A DNA stretch of 50,114 nt from Planktotalea sp. GTDB taxonomy: Bacteria > Pseudomonadota > Alphaproteobacteria > Rhodobacterales > Rhodobacteraceae. The stretch spans positions 1 through 50,114 of the forward strand of contig NZ_JBDWVM010000474.1 of the NCBI RefSeq assembly GCF_039984035.1. The letters run 5' to 3'. This document shows positions 1-9,201 of the stretch, piece after piece. The notes under the pieces are model-generated. The model was not told the DNA's origin and did no database searches. It saw only the letters and a program-made list of their open reading frames with translations. Position 1 is the first letter of the stretch. Every line of letters starts with the position of its first letter. The position numbers were made by a program, and so were the translations under genes.

Positions 1-312
1 CAAACGATCCAGAATATGCGTGCTCGTGATGTAGTTCATATCAAATGGCGGGTCTTGGCGTAGCCAGATCACATCCATTTCAGATAGATCGACATGGCGT
101 TCAGGGCCAAGAAGGGCGTGTTCGCCTTGAATACGCTGCACCGTGAAATCATGGCCGCGCGCGGTCACGCGTCCTTCTTCATAGGCCAGCATATCCGGCG
201 CGTAATAAAAAAGCTCATGGCCGCGCGCTTGCGCCTCTTCGGCCAAACGAAATGAGCTGTCCGCGTCAATGTTGACGTCCTCTATCGGGTCCATCTGGAA
301 TGCGATTTTCAT
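1..312 (-). CDS. gshB: Glutathione synthetase, N-terminal part (truncated by window edge)
   Basis: Manual translation from ATG at 312: MKIAFQMDPIEDVNIDADSSFRLAEEAQARGH...WLRQDPPFDMNYITSTHILDRL, the typical prokaryotic GshB N-terminus. Not in the ORF track because it is open at the edge. Confidence 0.93.
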   Translation of the reverse strand, partial: MKIAFQMDPIEDVNIDADSSFRLAEEAQARGHELFYYAPDMLAYEEGRVTARGHDFTVQRIQGEHALLGPERHVDLSEMDVIWLRQDPPFDMNYITSTHILDRL

Positions 313-379
313 GCACGGTCCTTTTTATTCTGCCCAACTTACATGGCGCAGCCTAGCTGCGGGTGCAATGGGCAGGCTA

Positions 380-751
380 TCAAAAGGCGGCGATAGCGTT
401 CTCACAAATATGTATACGGCCCTGTCCATCAACAAATGCAGCGTCGATGCGCATCGGGGTGAGCGCGCCATTTGGCAATTGTGCGATGTATTCTTCGGCA
501 GCAAGACACAGGCGTTGTTGCTGACGTTGTGAAATGCGATGGGCCGCGTCTTGCAAGCGACGCGCCTTTTTTACTTCAACGAAAATGATGTCGCCTTTCG
601 CGGCAGCAAAAATCAGATCGATTTCGCCGGCCTTTCCGCGCCATCGACTTTCGCGCAAAATATGTCCTTGTTGCTCGTAGCGTGCTGCAACCTGCGTTTC
701 GGCGCTTTGGCCCGAAAGATACGCGAGTTGTCCAGCAAGCTGTTTATTCAT
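380..751 (-). CDS. yraN: YraN family (UPF0102) predicted endonuclease
   Basis: G..AE...A..Y, GEIDLI and FVEVK motifs; conserved position downstream of rsmI. Confidence 0.9.
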   Translation of the reverse strand: MNKQLAGQLAYLSGQSAETQVAARYEQQGHILRESRWRGKAGEIDLIFAAAKGDIIFVEVKKARRLQDAAHRISQRQQQRLCLAAEEYIAQLPNGALTPMRIDAAFVDGQGRIHICENAIAAF

Positions 752-1604
752 CAGAGCGATCTAATCCCAAGGCCATTTGATACACTTTGCGCCGCGCCAT
801 CCCGTGCGCACCCGCAACAAGTTCAGACGCATCTTTGACGGTCATCCGCGTCAGCGCCTCTCTCAGCTCTGCTTCTATGTCAGAGGTGTTAACAGAAACT
901 TTCCCGGCGCGATCAATCACAACGACAATCTCACCCTTGGGCGGCGCTTCTTTCACGGAGGTCAGTATTTCAGACAAAGTTCCGCGCCGAATTTCTTCGA
1001 ATTTCTTGGTCAATTCGCGGCACATTGCAGCTGGACGATCCCCTAAAACACCCTGCGCATCTTTCAACATGGCGCCGACGCGTTTGGGTGATTCGTAGAA
1101 AACCAGTGTCGCAGGCACTTCTTTCAGTGCCTCAATCGCGGAAATTCGCGCATTTTTCGTGCTTGGCAAAAAGCCCGCGAACAAAAATTTATCGGTGGGC
1201 AAACCGGCTAAAGTGAGCGCGGTCGCGATCGCTGTTGGTCCCGGCGCAGAGGTAACAAGATACCCTTCTGCTGCCGCCTCTTTGGAGAGGTCATAACCCG
1301 GATCGGCAATCATCGGTGTGCCCGCTTCGCTGGCATAGGCGACAGAGCAGCCTTCAGCCAAGTATTGCATTAATTTTGGCCTTGTTCGGCCCCCATTATG
1401 GTCATGATAAGAGAGCAATCTTCGCTCGCCTAAAGCAATGCCGTGGATGTCCATGAGGCGACGCAAGGAACGGGTGTCTTCAGCTGCCAAAACGTCTGCG
1501 GACGCGAGGATATCAAGCGCGCGCAAGGTGATGTCACGGGCTGTCCCGATGGGCGTGGCAACAAAGTATAAACCTGCCGCCAAATTGACTGTCTTTGCAT
1601 TCAC
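744..1604 (-). CDS. rsmI: 16S rRNA (cytidine1402-2'-O)-methyltransferase
   Basis: LYFVATPIG, DITLRAL, AAEDTR, SEAGTPMIADPG, FYESPKR and RELTKKFEE motifs; GTG start. Confidence 0.96.
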   Translation of the reverse strand: MNAKTVNLAAGLYFVATPIGTARDITLRALDILASADVLAAEDTRSLRRLMDIHGIALGERRLLSYHDHNGGRTRPKLMQYLAEGCSVAYASEAGTPMIADPGYDLSKEAAAEGYLVTSAPGPTAIATALTLAGLPTDKFLFAGFLPSTKNARISAIEALKEVPATLVFYESPKRVGAMLKDAQGVLGDRPAAMCRELTKKFEEIRRGTLSEILTSVKEAPPKGEIVVVIDRAGKVSVNTSDIEAELREALTRMTVKDASELVAGAHGMARRKVYQMALGLDRSDE

Positions 1605-1687
1605 CTCTGGACCCGCCTTTCATGACGTTTATTATACCGCCTTGACCGACGGATCACTCACAGGCCGTCAATCAGGGGGTTTTTACT

Positions 1688-2884
1688 ATGTTTGCTTTTT
1701 TGTCTTCGGCCCGCAAGGTGCTGACGCGCGGTGTTTTTGTTTCGGCGACCTTGGCTTTGGCTGCGTGTCAGCCGATTTCTATTGGCGGTATTGGTGGCGG
1801 CACCTCCGGCGGTGGATCAGGTCCGACAATCGATACATCTGTGCCTGTTCCAGTCGCGCTGCTTGTACCTAAATCGAACAAGAATGCCAGCTCAGTTGCA
1901 ACATCGCTTGAAAACGCTGCGCGTTTGGCGATGGCTGATCTGACCAATGTGAAAATCGATCTACGCGTCTACGACACCGCAGGATCAACCGAACAAGCGG
2001 CATCGCTCGCTCAAAAAGCTGTGGCAGACGGTGCGAAGATTATTCTTGGCCCACTCTTTGCAGACGCGGCGAACGCTGCTGGCGTCGCAATCACGGGTCA
2101 AAATGTAAATGTCTTAAGCTTTTCGAACAACACATCGATCGCAGGCGGAAACGTTTTTGTGCTTGGGCCAACATTTGAAAACACCGCAGAACGTTTGATG
2201 AGCTTTGCAGCGCGCCAAGGCAAAACCAAAGTATTGATTGCACATCCAAACAACATCGAAGGACAGTTTGGCCGCAACGCAATTCAACAAGCCGCCACAC
2301 GCAACGGGATTGCGGTAGCCTCCGTAAACGACTTTGAATTCAGCCAGCCAGGCGTTGTTGCCGCCGTGCCGCAAATCAAATCAGCAATGGATAGCACCGG
2401 CGCCGATACGATTGTTTTGACATCTAACTCGGCTGGCGCTCTGCCGCTTCTTGGCCAAATGCTGCCAGAGGCCGGCGTAAACCCGGCTAATGTTCAGTAC
2501 ATGGGTCTTGCGCGCTGGGACGTTCCTGCACAAACGCTAGAATTACCCGGTCTTCAAAACGGTTGGTTCACTATGCCTGATCAAGGCACTGTGAAGAATT
2601 TTGAAGCACGTTACACGCAAGCCTACGGCAACGCGCCTCACCAATTGGCAGGGCTTGCATATGATGGTATTGCGGCAATCGGCGCACTTGTGGAAGCAGG
2701 CAATAGCAAAGCACTTACATCAAGCGCGCTGACGCAAGGCGCTGGGTTCCAAGGGGTCGCTGGCGCGTTCCGCTTGCGCCCGAACGGAACCAACGAACGT
2801 GCCCTTTCCGTGGCAATGGTTCGTGACAAACAGGTGGTAATAATTGACCCTGCACCAACAAAATTCGCAGGCGCAGGTTTCTGA
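1688..2884 (+). CDS. Penicillin-binding protein activator (LpoA-like) lipoprotein, periplasmic binding protein type 1 fold
   Basis: Lipobox LALAAC; VALLVP, ILGPLF, LAYDG, GF.G..G.FRLRP.G.NER.L motifs; divergent from rsmI. Confidence 0.85.
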   Translation: MFAFLSSARKVLTRGVFVSATLALAACQPISIGGIGGGTSGGGSGPTIDTSVPVPVALLVPKSNKNASSVATSLENAARLAMADLTNVKIDLRVYDTAGSTEQAASLAQKAVADGAKIILGPLFADAANAAGVAITGQNVNVLSFSNNTSIAGGNVFVLGPTFENTAERLMSFAARQGKTKVLIAHPNNIEGQFGRNAIQQAATRNGIAVASVNDFEFSQPGVVAAVPQIKSAMDSTGADTIVLTSNSAGALPLLGQMLPEAGVNPANVQYMGLARWDVPAQTLELPGLQNGWFTMPDQGTVKNFEARYTQAYGNAPHQLAGLAYDGIAAIGALVEAGNSKALTSSALTQGAGFQGVAGAFRLRPNGTNERALSVAMVRDKQVVIIDPAPTKFAGAGF

Positions 2885-5660
2885 GCCAAAACTTATTCTT
2901 ACACGTCCTGCGCCGGATAATTTGATCCTATCGGCGCAGGACATTTTTGACGCCCCATCTGTCTTAGGTCTTATCGAGACAGAAATAGCAGATGCAAAAG
3001 ATGCGATGGCCGTGCGCAAGATCACGGTTACGCACCTTCTTGCCGCGCGAAAATCTGGCATGGCTGCAATCGCACAAGCGTTGCGCGACAATCCGTATGC
3101 TGCGCGTCCAATGACGCGTTCATATACGTTCCTGACCGATTGCTTGGTTGAGGCAGCTTTTCTCGTCGCCTCGAAAATATTGCACCCACTGTCAAATCCG
3201 ACGGAACAAGAGCGCATCGCCTTGATCGCGGTTGGTGGTTATGGACGGGGTGAAATGGCGCCGCAGTCCGACGTCGATTTGCTTTTTGTGACGCCCTACA
3301 AAGTGACCCCTTGGGCCGAGAGCGTTATTGAATCGATGCTCTATATCCTTTGGGATTTGCGCCTAAAGGTGGGCCATGCGAGCCGCACGATTCGTGACTG
3401 CATCCGGCTTGGTGGCGAAGATTTCACTATCCGAACCTCCATGTTGGAGCTTCGGTTCCTGACAGGCGAGCAATCTCTTTCTGACAGTTTAGAAGAGCAG
3501 CTTTGGGCAGAATTGTTTTCGGGGACGACACGCGAGTTCATCGAAGCAAAACTCGAAGAGCGCGAAATTCGACATGAAAAGCAAGGCGGCCAGCGTTATG
3601 TCGTAGAGCCGAACATCAAAGAGGGCAAAGGCGGTCTGCGCGATTTGCAATCTTTGTTCTGGATCGCAAAATATGTTCACGGTGTTCAGGATGTTGCCGA
3701 GCTGGTTTCAGTGAATGTCTTCACTGAAGAAGACCTCGCAACGTTTGAAGATGCTGAGTGTTTCCTATGGGCTGTACGGGGGCATTTGCACTTAATTGCT
3801 GGCCGACCGATGGAACAGCTAACGTTTGATCTACAAGTCGAAGTCGCATCGCAAATGGGCTATGTCGATGTGAACGGGCGCCGCGGCGTTGAAATCTTCA
3901 TGCAAGATTATTTCCGTCATGCAACCGCTGTTGGTGATTTGACGCGGATATTCTTAACGAAACTTGAAGCCATTCACGCCAAAAGCGCTCCACTCTTAAT
4001 GCGTATCTTCCGTCGCAAACCGCGTATGAAAGCACCCTACACGGTTGTTCATGGGCGTCTCACAATCGGCGATTCAGAAGCGTTTCTCAGCAGTGGGCTC
4101 AATATTCTCAAGCTCTTTGAAGAAGCGCTGCGCACTGGCCTTCTCCTGCATCCTGACGCAATGCTGCTGGTCAAAGCCAATCTACATTTGATCGACGACA
4201 AAATGCGCGAAACGCCTGAAGCGCGCCGCATATTCCTTGATCTCATGTTGAAACACGGCAACCCAGAACGCTCTCTTCGGCGCATGAACGAACTAGGCGT
4301 GCTGTCTGCATTCATTCCTGAGTTTGAGCCCATCGTCGCGATGATGCAGTTCAACATGTATCATCACTATACGGTTGATGAACACACGATCCAATGCATC
4401 AAGAACCTTGCCGAAATCGAACGGGGAGAGCTGGAAGAAGAGCTGCCGGTTTCGACAGAAATTCTGACCAAAGATATCAACCGCAGGGTTCTTTATGTCG
4501 CCATGTTGCTGCATGATATCGGCAAGGGCCGCCCTGAAGATCACTCAATCCTCGGCGCTAAAATCGTGCGCAAGGTTGCACCGCGTCTTGGTCTTAATAA
4601 AGCCGATACCGATACAGCCGAATGGCTGGTGCGCTATCACCTCTTGATGTCTGATATGGCCCAAAAACGCGATATCGCTGATCCCCGAACTGTGCGCGAT
4701 TTCGCGAAAGCCGTTCAGAACGTTAAGCGCCTCGACCTTTTGACCGTCCTTACCGTTTGCGACATTCGCGGCGTTGGTCCTGATACGTGGAACAATTGGA
4801 AAGCCGTGCTCATCCGCGCGCTTTATCGCCAAACGCGTTACGCGTTGGAGAATGGTCTCGAAGACCTGAACCGCGAACAGCGTGGGGCAGATGCGAAACG
4901 TGCCTTGCGTGCAGCCCTGCCCGATTGGTCCAAGAAAGATCTCAAGACAGAAACATCGCGTCATTACCCGCCTTATTGGCAAGGTCTTCACGTTACAGCG
5001 CATGTCATTTTCGCGAACCTTCTACGCAGTATCGTAGACGATGAAATCTCTTTCGACATCCACCCCGACGAAGACCGTGACGCGACGCGCGTGTGTTTTG
5101 CCATGGCAGATCACCCGGGAATTTTCTCGCGCTTGTCAGGTGCCTTAGCTTTAGTCGGCGCGAATGTTGTCGACGCGCGAAGCTTCACATCCAACGACGG
5201 CTACGCAACTGCTGCTTTCTGGATTCAGGATGGCGAAGAAGGCCCTTATGAATCTGCGCGTATTCCACGCCTTAAGCAGATGATCGAAAAGACCCTAAGT
5301 GGCGAAGTCGTTGCAACAACTGCCATTGCTGGTCGTGACAAAATCAAGAAACGCGAACGTGCTTTCAAAGTTCCAACGCATATCACGTTCGACAACGAAG
5401 GTTCGGAAATCTACACGATCATCGAGGTTGATACACGCGACCGTCCAGGTTTGCTCCACGATCTTACGCGTTGTTTATCCAGTATGAACGTTTACATTTC
5501 CTCCGCCGTTATCGCGACTTACGGTGAACAGGTGGTCGATACGTTCTATGTAAAGGATATGTTCGGTCTGAAATTCCATGCTGAATCCAAACAACGTACA
5601 TTAGAGGCCAAACTACGCGAGGCCATCACACAAGGCGCAAAGCGGGCGACTGAATCATGA
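2844..5660 (+). CDS. glnD: [Protein-PII] uridylyltransferase/uridylyl-removing enzyme; start codon uncertain
   Basis: AVGGYGRGEMAPQSDVDLLF nucleotidyltransferase motif, EPNIKEGKGGLRDL, HD domain (HHYTVDEH, LLHDIGKG), two C-terminal ACT domains (DHPGIF, DRPGLL). Confidence 0.97.
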   Translation: MTLHQQNSQAQVSEPKLILTRPAPDNLILSAQDIFDAPSVLGLIETEIADAKDAMAVRKITVTHLLAARKSGMAAIAQALRDNPYAARPMTRSYTFLTDCLVEAAFLVASKILHPLSNPTEQERIALIAVGGYGRGEMAPQSDVDLLFVTPYKVTPWAESVIESMLYILWDLRLKVGHASRTIRDCIRLGGEDFTIRTSMLELRFLTGEQSLSDSLEEQLWAELFSGTTREFIEAKLEEREIRHEKQGGQRYVVEPNIKEGKGGLRDLQSLFWIAKYVHGVQDVAELVSVNVFTEEDLATFEDAECFLWAVRGHLHLIAGRPMEQLTFDLQVEVASQMGYVDVNGRRGVEIFMQDYFRHATAVGDLTRIFLTKLEAIHAKSAPLLMRIFRRKPRMKAPYTVVHGRLTIGDSEAFLSSGLNILKLFEEALRTGLLLHPDAMLLVKANLHLIDDKMRETPEARRIFLDLMLKHGNPERSLRRMNELGVLSAFIPEFEPIVAMMQFNMYHHYTVDEHTIQCIKNLAEIERGELEEELPVSTEILTKDINRRVLYVAMLLHDIGKGRPEDHSILGAKIVRKVAPRLGLNKADTDTAEWLVRYHLLMSDMAQKRDIADPRTVRDFAKAVQNVKRLDLLTVLTVCDIRGVGPDTWNNWKAVLIRALYRQTRYALENGLEDLNREQRGADAKRALRAALPDWSKKDLKTETSRHYPPYWQGLHVTAHVIFANLLRSIVDDEISFDIHPDEDRDATRVCFAMADHPGIFSRLSGALALVGANVVDARSFTSNDGYATAAFWIQDGEEGPYESARIPRLKQMIEKTLSGEVVATTAIAGRDKIKKRERAFKVPTHITFDNEGSEIYTIIEVDTRDRPGLLHDLTRCLSSMNVYISSAVIATYGEQVVDTFYVKDMFGLKFHAESKQRTLEAKLREAITQGAKRATES

Positions 5661-7201
5661 GTGCGGCGCGGATGTTATCAGGGATCTTTACGGTCAGCGT
5701 CTGGACGCTACTCAGCCGCGTACTTGGTTTTGTACGCGATGCATTGATCTTGAACTACCTCGGAACTGGGCCCGCTTATCAGGCTTTTGTCGTCGCATTT
5801 CGCCTGCCAAACATGTTCCGCAAATTTTTCGCAGAAGGCGCCTTTAACCTCGCCTTTGTGCCAATGTTCTCGAAACGGCTCGAAGCGAACGAAGACCCCA
5901 ACGGTTTCGCAAACGAGGCATTTGCAGGTCTCGCAACGATCTTGATCATTCTCACCATCATTGCTCAAGCGACCATGCCGTGGCTCATCTATGCACTTGC
6001 GAGCGGCTTTGCCGGTACGCCCACATTCGATCTTTCTGTTGAGTTCGGGCGCATTGCGTTTCCTTACATTCTATTCATCTCGCTTGCCGCGCTTGCGTCA
6101 GGCGTTTTGAATGCAACCAAGCGCTATACGGCTGCAGCGGCTGCGCCTGTTCTTTTGAATGTCTTACTCGTGTTGGCCGTTCTAGTTGCTGCCCGTACAG
6201 GCGCAGACATCGCCCGCGCGCTCGTCTGGATGATCCCACTCGCTGGCGTCGCGCAATTCGTACTGGTTTGGGTAGCTGCCCGAAATGCAGGGTTTACGCT
6301 CAAAATGCAGCGCCCCCGCTTCTCCAAAGATATGAAAACTCTGGTCAAAGTGGCAATTCCTGCCGCGATGACTGGCGGCGTGATGCAGATCAACCTTTTG
6401 GTTGGTCAACAAGTTGCAAGTCAATTTGACCGCGCTATTGGCTGGCTCTTTGCGGCTGATCGCCTTTACCAATTGCCCCTTGGGGTCGTTGGGATCGCAG
6501 TGGGAATTGTCCTTCTGCCTGATCTCGCCCGGCGTGTGCAAGCTGGTGATGTAAGCGGTGCGAAAGCTGCTTTTTCTCGCGCGAACGAAATCTCTTTGGC
6601 GCTCACGATTCCCGCTGCCGTTGCTTTGATGGTTATCCCACTCCCTCTGGTGACAGTGCTATTCGAACGCGGTGCAATGACGTCGGATGACAGTGCAGCC
6701 ATAGCAGTTGCCGTTGCAATCTATGGCCTCGGCTTGCCTGCATTTACGCTGCAGAAAACACTGCAGCCCTTATTCTACGCACGCGGCGATTCAAAATCGC
6801 CGTTTCGCTATGCATTGATCGCGATGGCCGTGAACGCGGTTCTTGCTTTCGGCCTTTGGCCCTTCATTGGGTGGATCGCTCCTGCGATTGCGACGACGAT
6901 TGCAGGTTGGGTCATGGTCTATTGCTTTGCGGTCGGCGCACGAACTTTAGGCGATGTTGCCCGTTTTGATGCGCGCCTGAAAAGCCGGATTTGGCGCATT
7001 TGTCTCGCATCTGCAGGAATGGGCACCGTTTTGTGGCTCTTGACGGCCTTCATGTCGACATTCCTCGGAATGCCCGGTTGGCGTTATCTTGCCCTAGCGG
7101 TTTTGGTCACCATCGGGATCATCACCTACTTCGCCCTTGCACATCTATTTGGCGCTATGCGTATGTCAGAACTCAAAGGCGCGATGCGTCGAAGCGGTTA
7201 A
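5657..7201 (+). CDS. murJ: Murein biosynthesis lipid II flippase
   Basis: SRVLGFVRD, AFRLPNMFRKFFAEGAF and RLYQLPLG motifs; many transmembrane segments; ATGA overlap with glnD. Confidence 0.95.
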   Translation: MSAARMLSGIFTVSVWTLLSRVLGFVRDALILNYLGTGPAYQAFVVAFRLPNMFRKFFAEGAFNLAFVPMFSKRLEANEDPNGFANEAFAGLATILIILTIIAQATMPWLIYALASGFAGTPTFDLSVEFGRIAFPYILFISLAALASGVLNATKRYTAAAAAPVLLNVLLVLAVLVAARTGADIARALVWMIPLAGVAQFVLVWVAARNAGFTLKMQRPRFSKDMKTLVKVAIPAAMTGGVMQINLLVGQQVASQFDRAIGWLFAADRLYQLPLGVVGIAVGIVLLPDLARRVQAGDVSGAKAAFSRANEISLALTIPAAVALMVIPLPLVTVLFERGAMTSDDSAAIAVAVAIYGLGLPAFTLQKTLQPLFYARGDSKSPFRYALIAMAVNAVLAFGLWPFIGWIAPAIATTIAGWVMVYCFAVGARTLGDVARFDARLKSRIWRICLASAGMGTVLWLLTAFMSTFLGMPGWRYLALAVLVTIGIITYFALAHLFGAMRMSELKGAMRRSG

Positions 7202-7206
7202 GCCCT

Positions 7207-7268
7207 TTCGTCTTTCCAAATAAACTTCGGGGGACTCTGCCAAAGGCAGAGGGGGGCTGGCCCCCTCT
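7207..7268 (+). repeat. Structured intergenic repeat, copy 1 (conserved 28-nt leader plus two hairpins)
   Basis: TTCGTCTTTCCAAATAAACTTCGGGGGA-CTCTGCC(AAA)GGCAGAG-GGGGG(CTGG)CCCCC-TCT, between convergent murJ and rhomboid; matches copy at 21250. Confidence 0.85.
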
Positions 7269-7275
7269 TCGCGGC

Positions 7276-7977
7276 TCAATCGCGACGGAGTTTATCGCGG
7301 AGACGGGTAAATCCACCGGGGCTAAGGACAAAAGACATTGCAAACCCCGCGATAAAGCCAACACCATCCGCAACCCAATCGTTATGCCCGCCAAAGAGCA
7401 GTCCAAACACCAACTGGATACCCATAAGAAACCCAATGAGACTAAAGGCGCGAACTTGCTGTGCACCGAGTTCCCCGAGGCGCAGCCATAGCAAATAGGT
7501 AAACGCGCCGATCAACCCATAGACACCCGGGAAACCACCGATAAGCGGGGCTTGATCGTCGAGCAACGCAGCATAAGCAAGCGCTCCAATCACGCCAGAG
7601 CCAACAAACACCATCAGCGTTGCGAAACCGGAAAAGACTTCCCCTACCATTTTACCCAGCGCGAGTAGCATGACGCAGACCATTAGCGCATGGGTAAAAC
7701 TACCATGGATAAAGAGATAGCTTACAAAGCGGATCAAGTGTTCTGTGGGCCAAATTCCATTGCTCCACATCCAGTCGTAGATCACGCCAGAAAACGCATA
7801 GGTTTGGATCGTTTCCAGCCGCCAGCCAATGCCACCCGGTCCACCAATGATACCGCGCGCCGCCAGCGACAAGGTCGCCTCAATCCCGACAATCATCAAA
7901 AACAGCGCCACCACAACAGGTGGCAACGGGTTCACAGGGCTGATCGTTTCGGGAGAGTCATAGGGATCTTCGGACAT
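7276..7977 (-). CDS. Rhomboid family intramembrane serine protease-like protein
   Basis: SYLFIHGSFTH, G..G..YGLIGA, C-terminal ADGVGFIAG. Start placed at MSEDPY (7977) because the longer ORF overlaps the trpS start. The usual GxSG serine appears replaced (GGFPG). Confidence 0.82.
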   Translation of the reverse strand: MSEDPYDSPETISPVNPLPPVVVALFLMIVGIEATLSLAARGIIGGPGGIGWRLETIQTYAFSGVIYDWMWSNGIWPTEHLIRFVSYLFIHGSFTHALMVCVMLLALGKMVGEVFSGFATLMVFVGSGVIGALAYAALLDDQAPLIGGFPGVYGLIGAFTYLLWLRLGELGAQQVRAFSLIGFLMGIQLVFGLLFGGHNDWVADGVGFIAGFAMSFVLSPGGFTRLRDKLRRD

Positions 7978-8058
7978 TCTGCTTTGCCTGCTTTGCTTGA
8001 CGATGCTCACCCTCGTGGGTAAGCCAACCAGACCTATAATTCCAGATGGAGATTTATC

Positions 8059-9078
8059 ATGACAGAGGTGGTCCACACACCCCGTGTCTTTTCAGGCATT
8101 CAGCCTTCGGGTGGCCTGACCCTTGGCAACTATCTTGGCGCGATCAAGCGCTTTGTCGATATGCAGGAAAGCGGCATCGAAACGCTGTATTGCATGGTCG
8201 ATTTGCATGCCATCACTGTCTGGCAAGACCCTGCTGATCTGCGCCACAACACGCGCGAGCTGGCAGCCGGCTATATCGCCGCCGGTCTTGATCCCGCAAA
8301 ATCCATCCTGTTCAATCAAAGCCAAGTGAGCGCGCATGCGGAGCTTGGCTGGATTTTCAACTGTGTGGCCCGCATGGGCTGGATGAAGCGCATGACCCAG
8401 TTCAAAGACAAAGCTGGCAAGAACGCTGAAAACGCATCGCTTGGTCTGTTTGGCTACCCGTCCCTAATGGCGGCCGACATTCTGATCTACCACTCCACGC
8501 ACGTTCCAGTGGGCGAAGATCAAAAGCAGCACCTTGAGCTGACGCGCGACATCGCGGCCAAGTTCAATCATGATTTCGGGGTGGATTTCTTCCCGATCAC
8601 CGAACCTGTGATCGAGGGCGCAGCAACCCGCGTGATGAGCTTGCGCGATGGGTCCAAGAAGATGTCCAAGTCTGATCCTTCTGATGCATCCCGCATCAAC
8701 ATGACGGATGACGCCGAAGCCATTGCCAAGAAAATTCGCAAGGCGAAAACCGATCCTGATGCGCTTCCTTCAGAGGCCGAAGGGCTAAAGGATCGTCCAG
8801 AGGCACGCAATTTGGTCAATATCTTCGCAGCGCTCAACGATCAATCGGTCGATGCCGTGCTTTCTGATGTTGGCGGCAAGCAGTTCTCGGAATTCAAGCC
8901 TATGCTGGTCGATCTTGCTGTTGATAAGCTATCGCCAATCAGCGGCGAGATGGCTCGTTTGATGAACGATCCGGCCGAGATTGACCGTATTCTTGGCGAC
9001 GGTTCTCAGCGCGCGCGCAAGATCGCCAATCCAATCCTTGAAAAGACATACGACATCGTCGGTATGATCCGCTCGTAA
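8059..9078 (+). CDS. trpS: Tryptophan--tRNA ligase
   Basis: [17 protein letters not shown] (HIGH equivalent), [17 protein letters not shown]. Confidence 0.98.
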   Translation: MTEVVHTPRVFSGIQPSGGLTLGNYLGAIKRFVDMQESGIETLYCMVDLHAITVWQDPADLRHNTRELAAGYIAAGLDPAKSILFNQSQVSAHAELGWIFNCVARMGWMKRMTQFKDKAGKNAENASLGLFGYPSLMAADILIYHSTHVPVGEDQKQHLELTRDIAAKFNHDFGVDFFPITEPVIEGAATRVMSLRDGSKKMSKSDPSDASRINMTDDAEAIAKKIRKAKTDPDALPSEAEGLKDRPEARNLVNIFAALNDQSVDAVLSDVGGKQFSEFKPMLVDLAVDKLSPISGEMARLMNDPAEIDRILGDGSQRARKIANPILEKTYDIVGMIRS

Positions 9079-9085
9079 CACACTA

Positions 9086-9119
9086 TGTAACAAGGCGCGC
9101 TAATCTGCGCCTTGTTACA
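9086..9119 (+). terminator. Inverted repeat after trpS, probable terminator
   Basis: TGTAACAAGGCGC-8 nt-GCGCCTTGTTACA, a 13-bp perfect stem; no strong U-tract. Confidence 0.55.
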
Positions 9120-9151
9120 AAACCTTTGCCTCACTGTCGCATTTCAGAGTC
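9112..9151 (+). promoter_or_regulatory. Possible degenerate Pho box array upstream of phoX
   Basis: TTGTTAC (9112) and CTGTCGC (9134) resemble the PhoB heptad CTGTCAT and are 22 bp (2 x 11) apart; the intervening heptad is poor. Confidence 0.3.
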
Positions 9152-9201
9152 TGTGCACGCGTAATTCGCCCCTATCGAAAGCTAACCGATAGGAGAGCCA
9201 C

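Noticed and set aside
1605-1687. RNase P RNA or other ncRNA next to rsmI
   Set aside because: Only an 83-bp divergent promoter gap with an imperfect hairpin; no rnpB consensus
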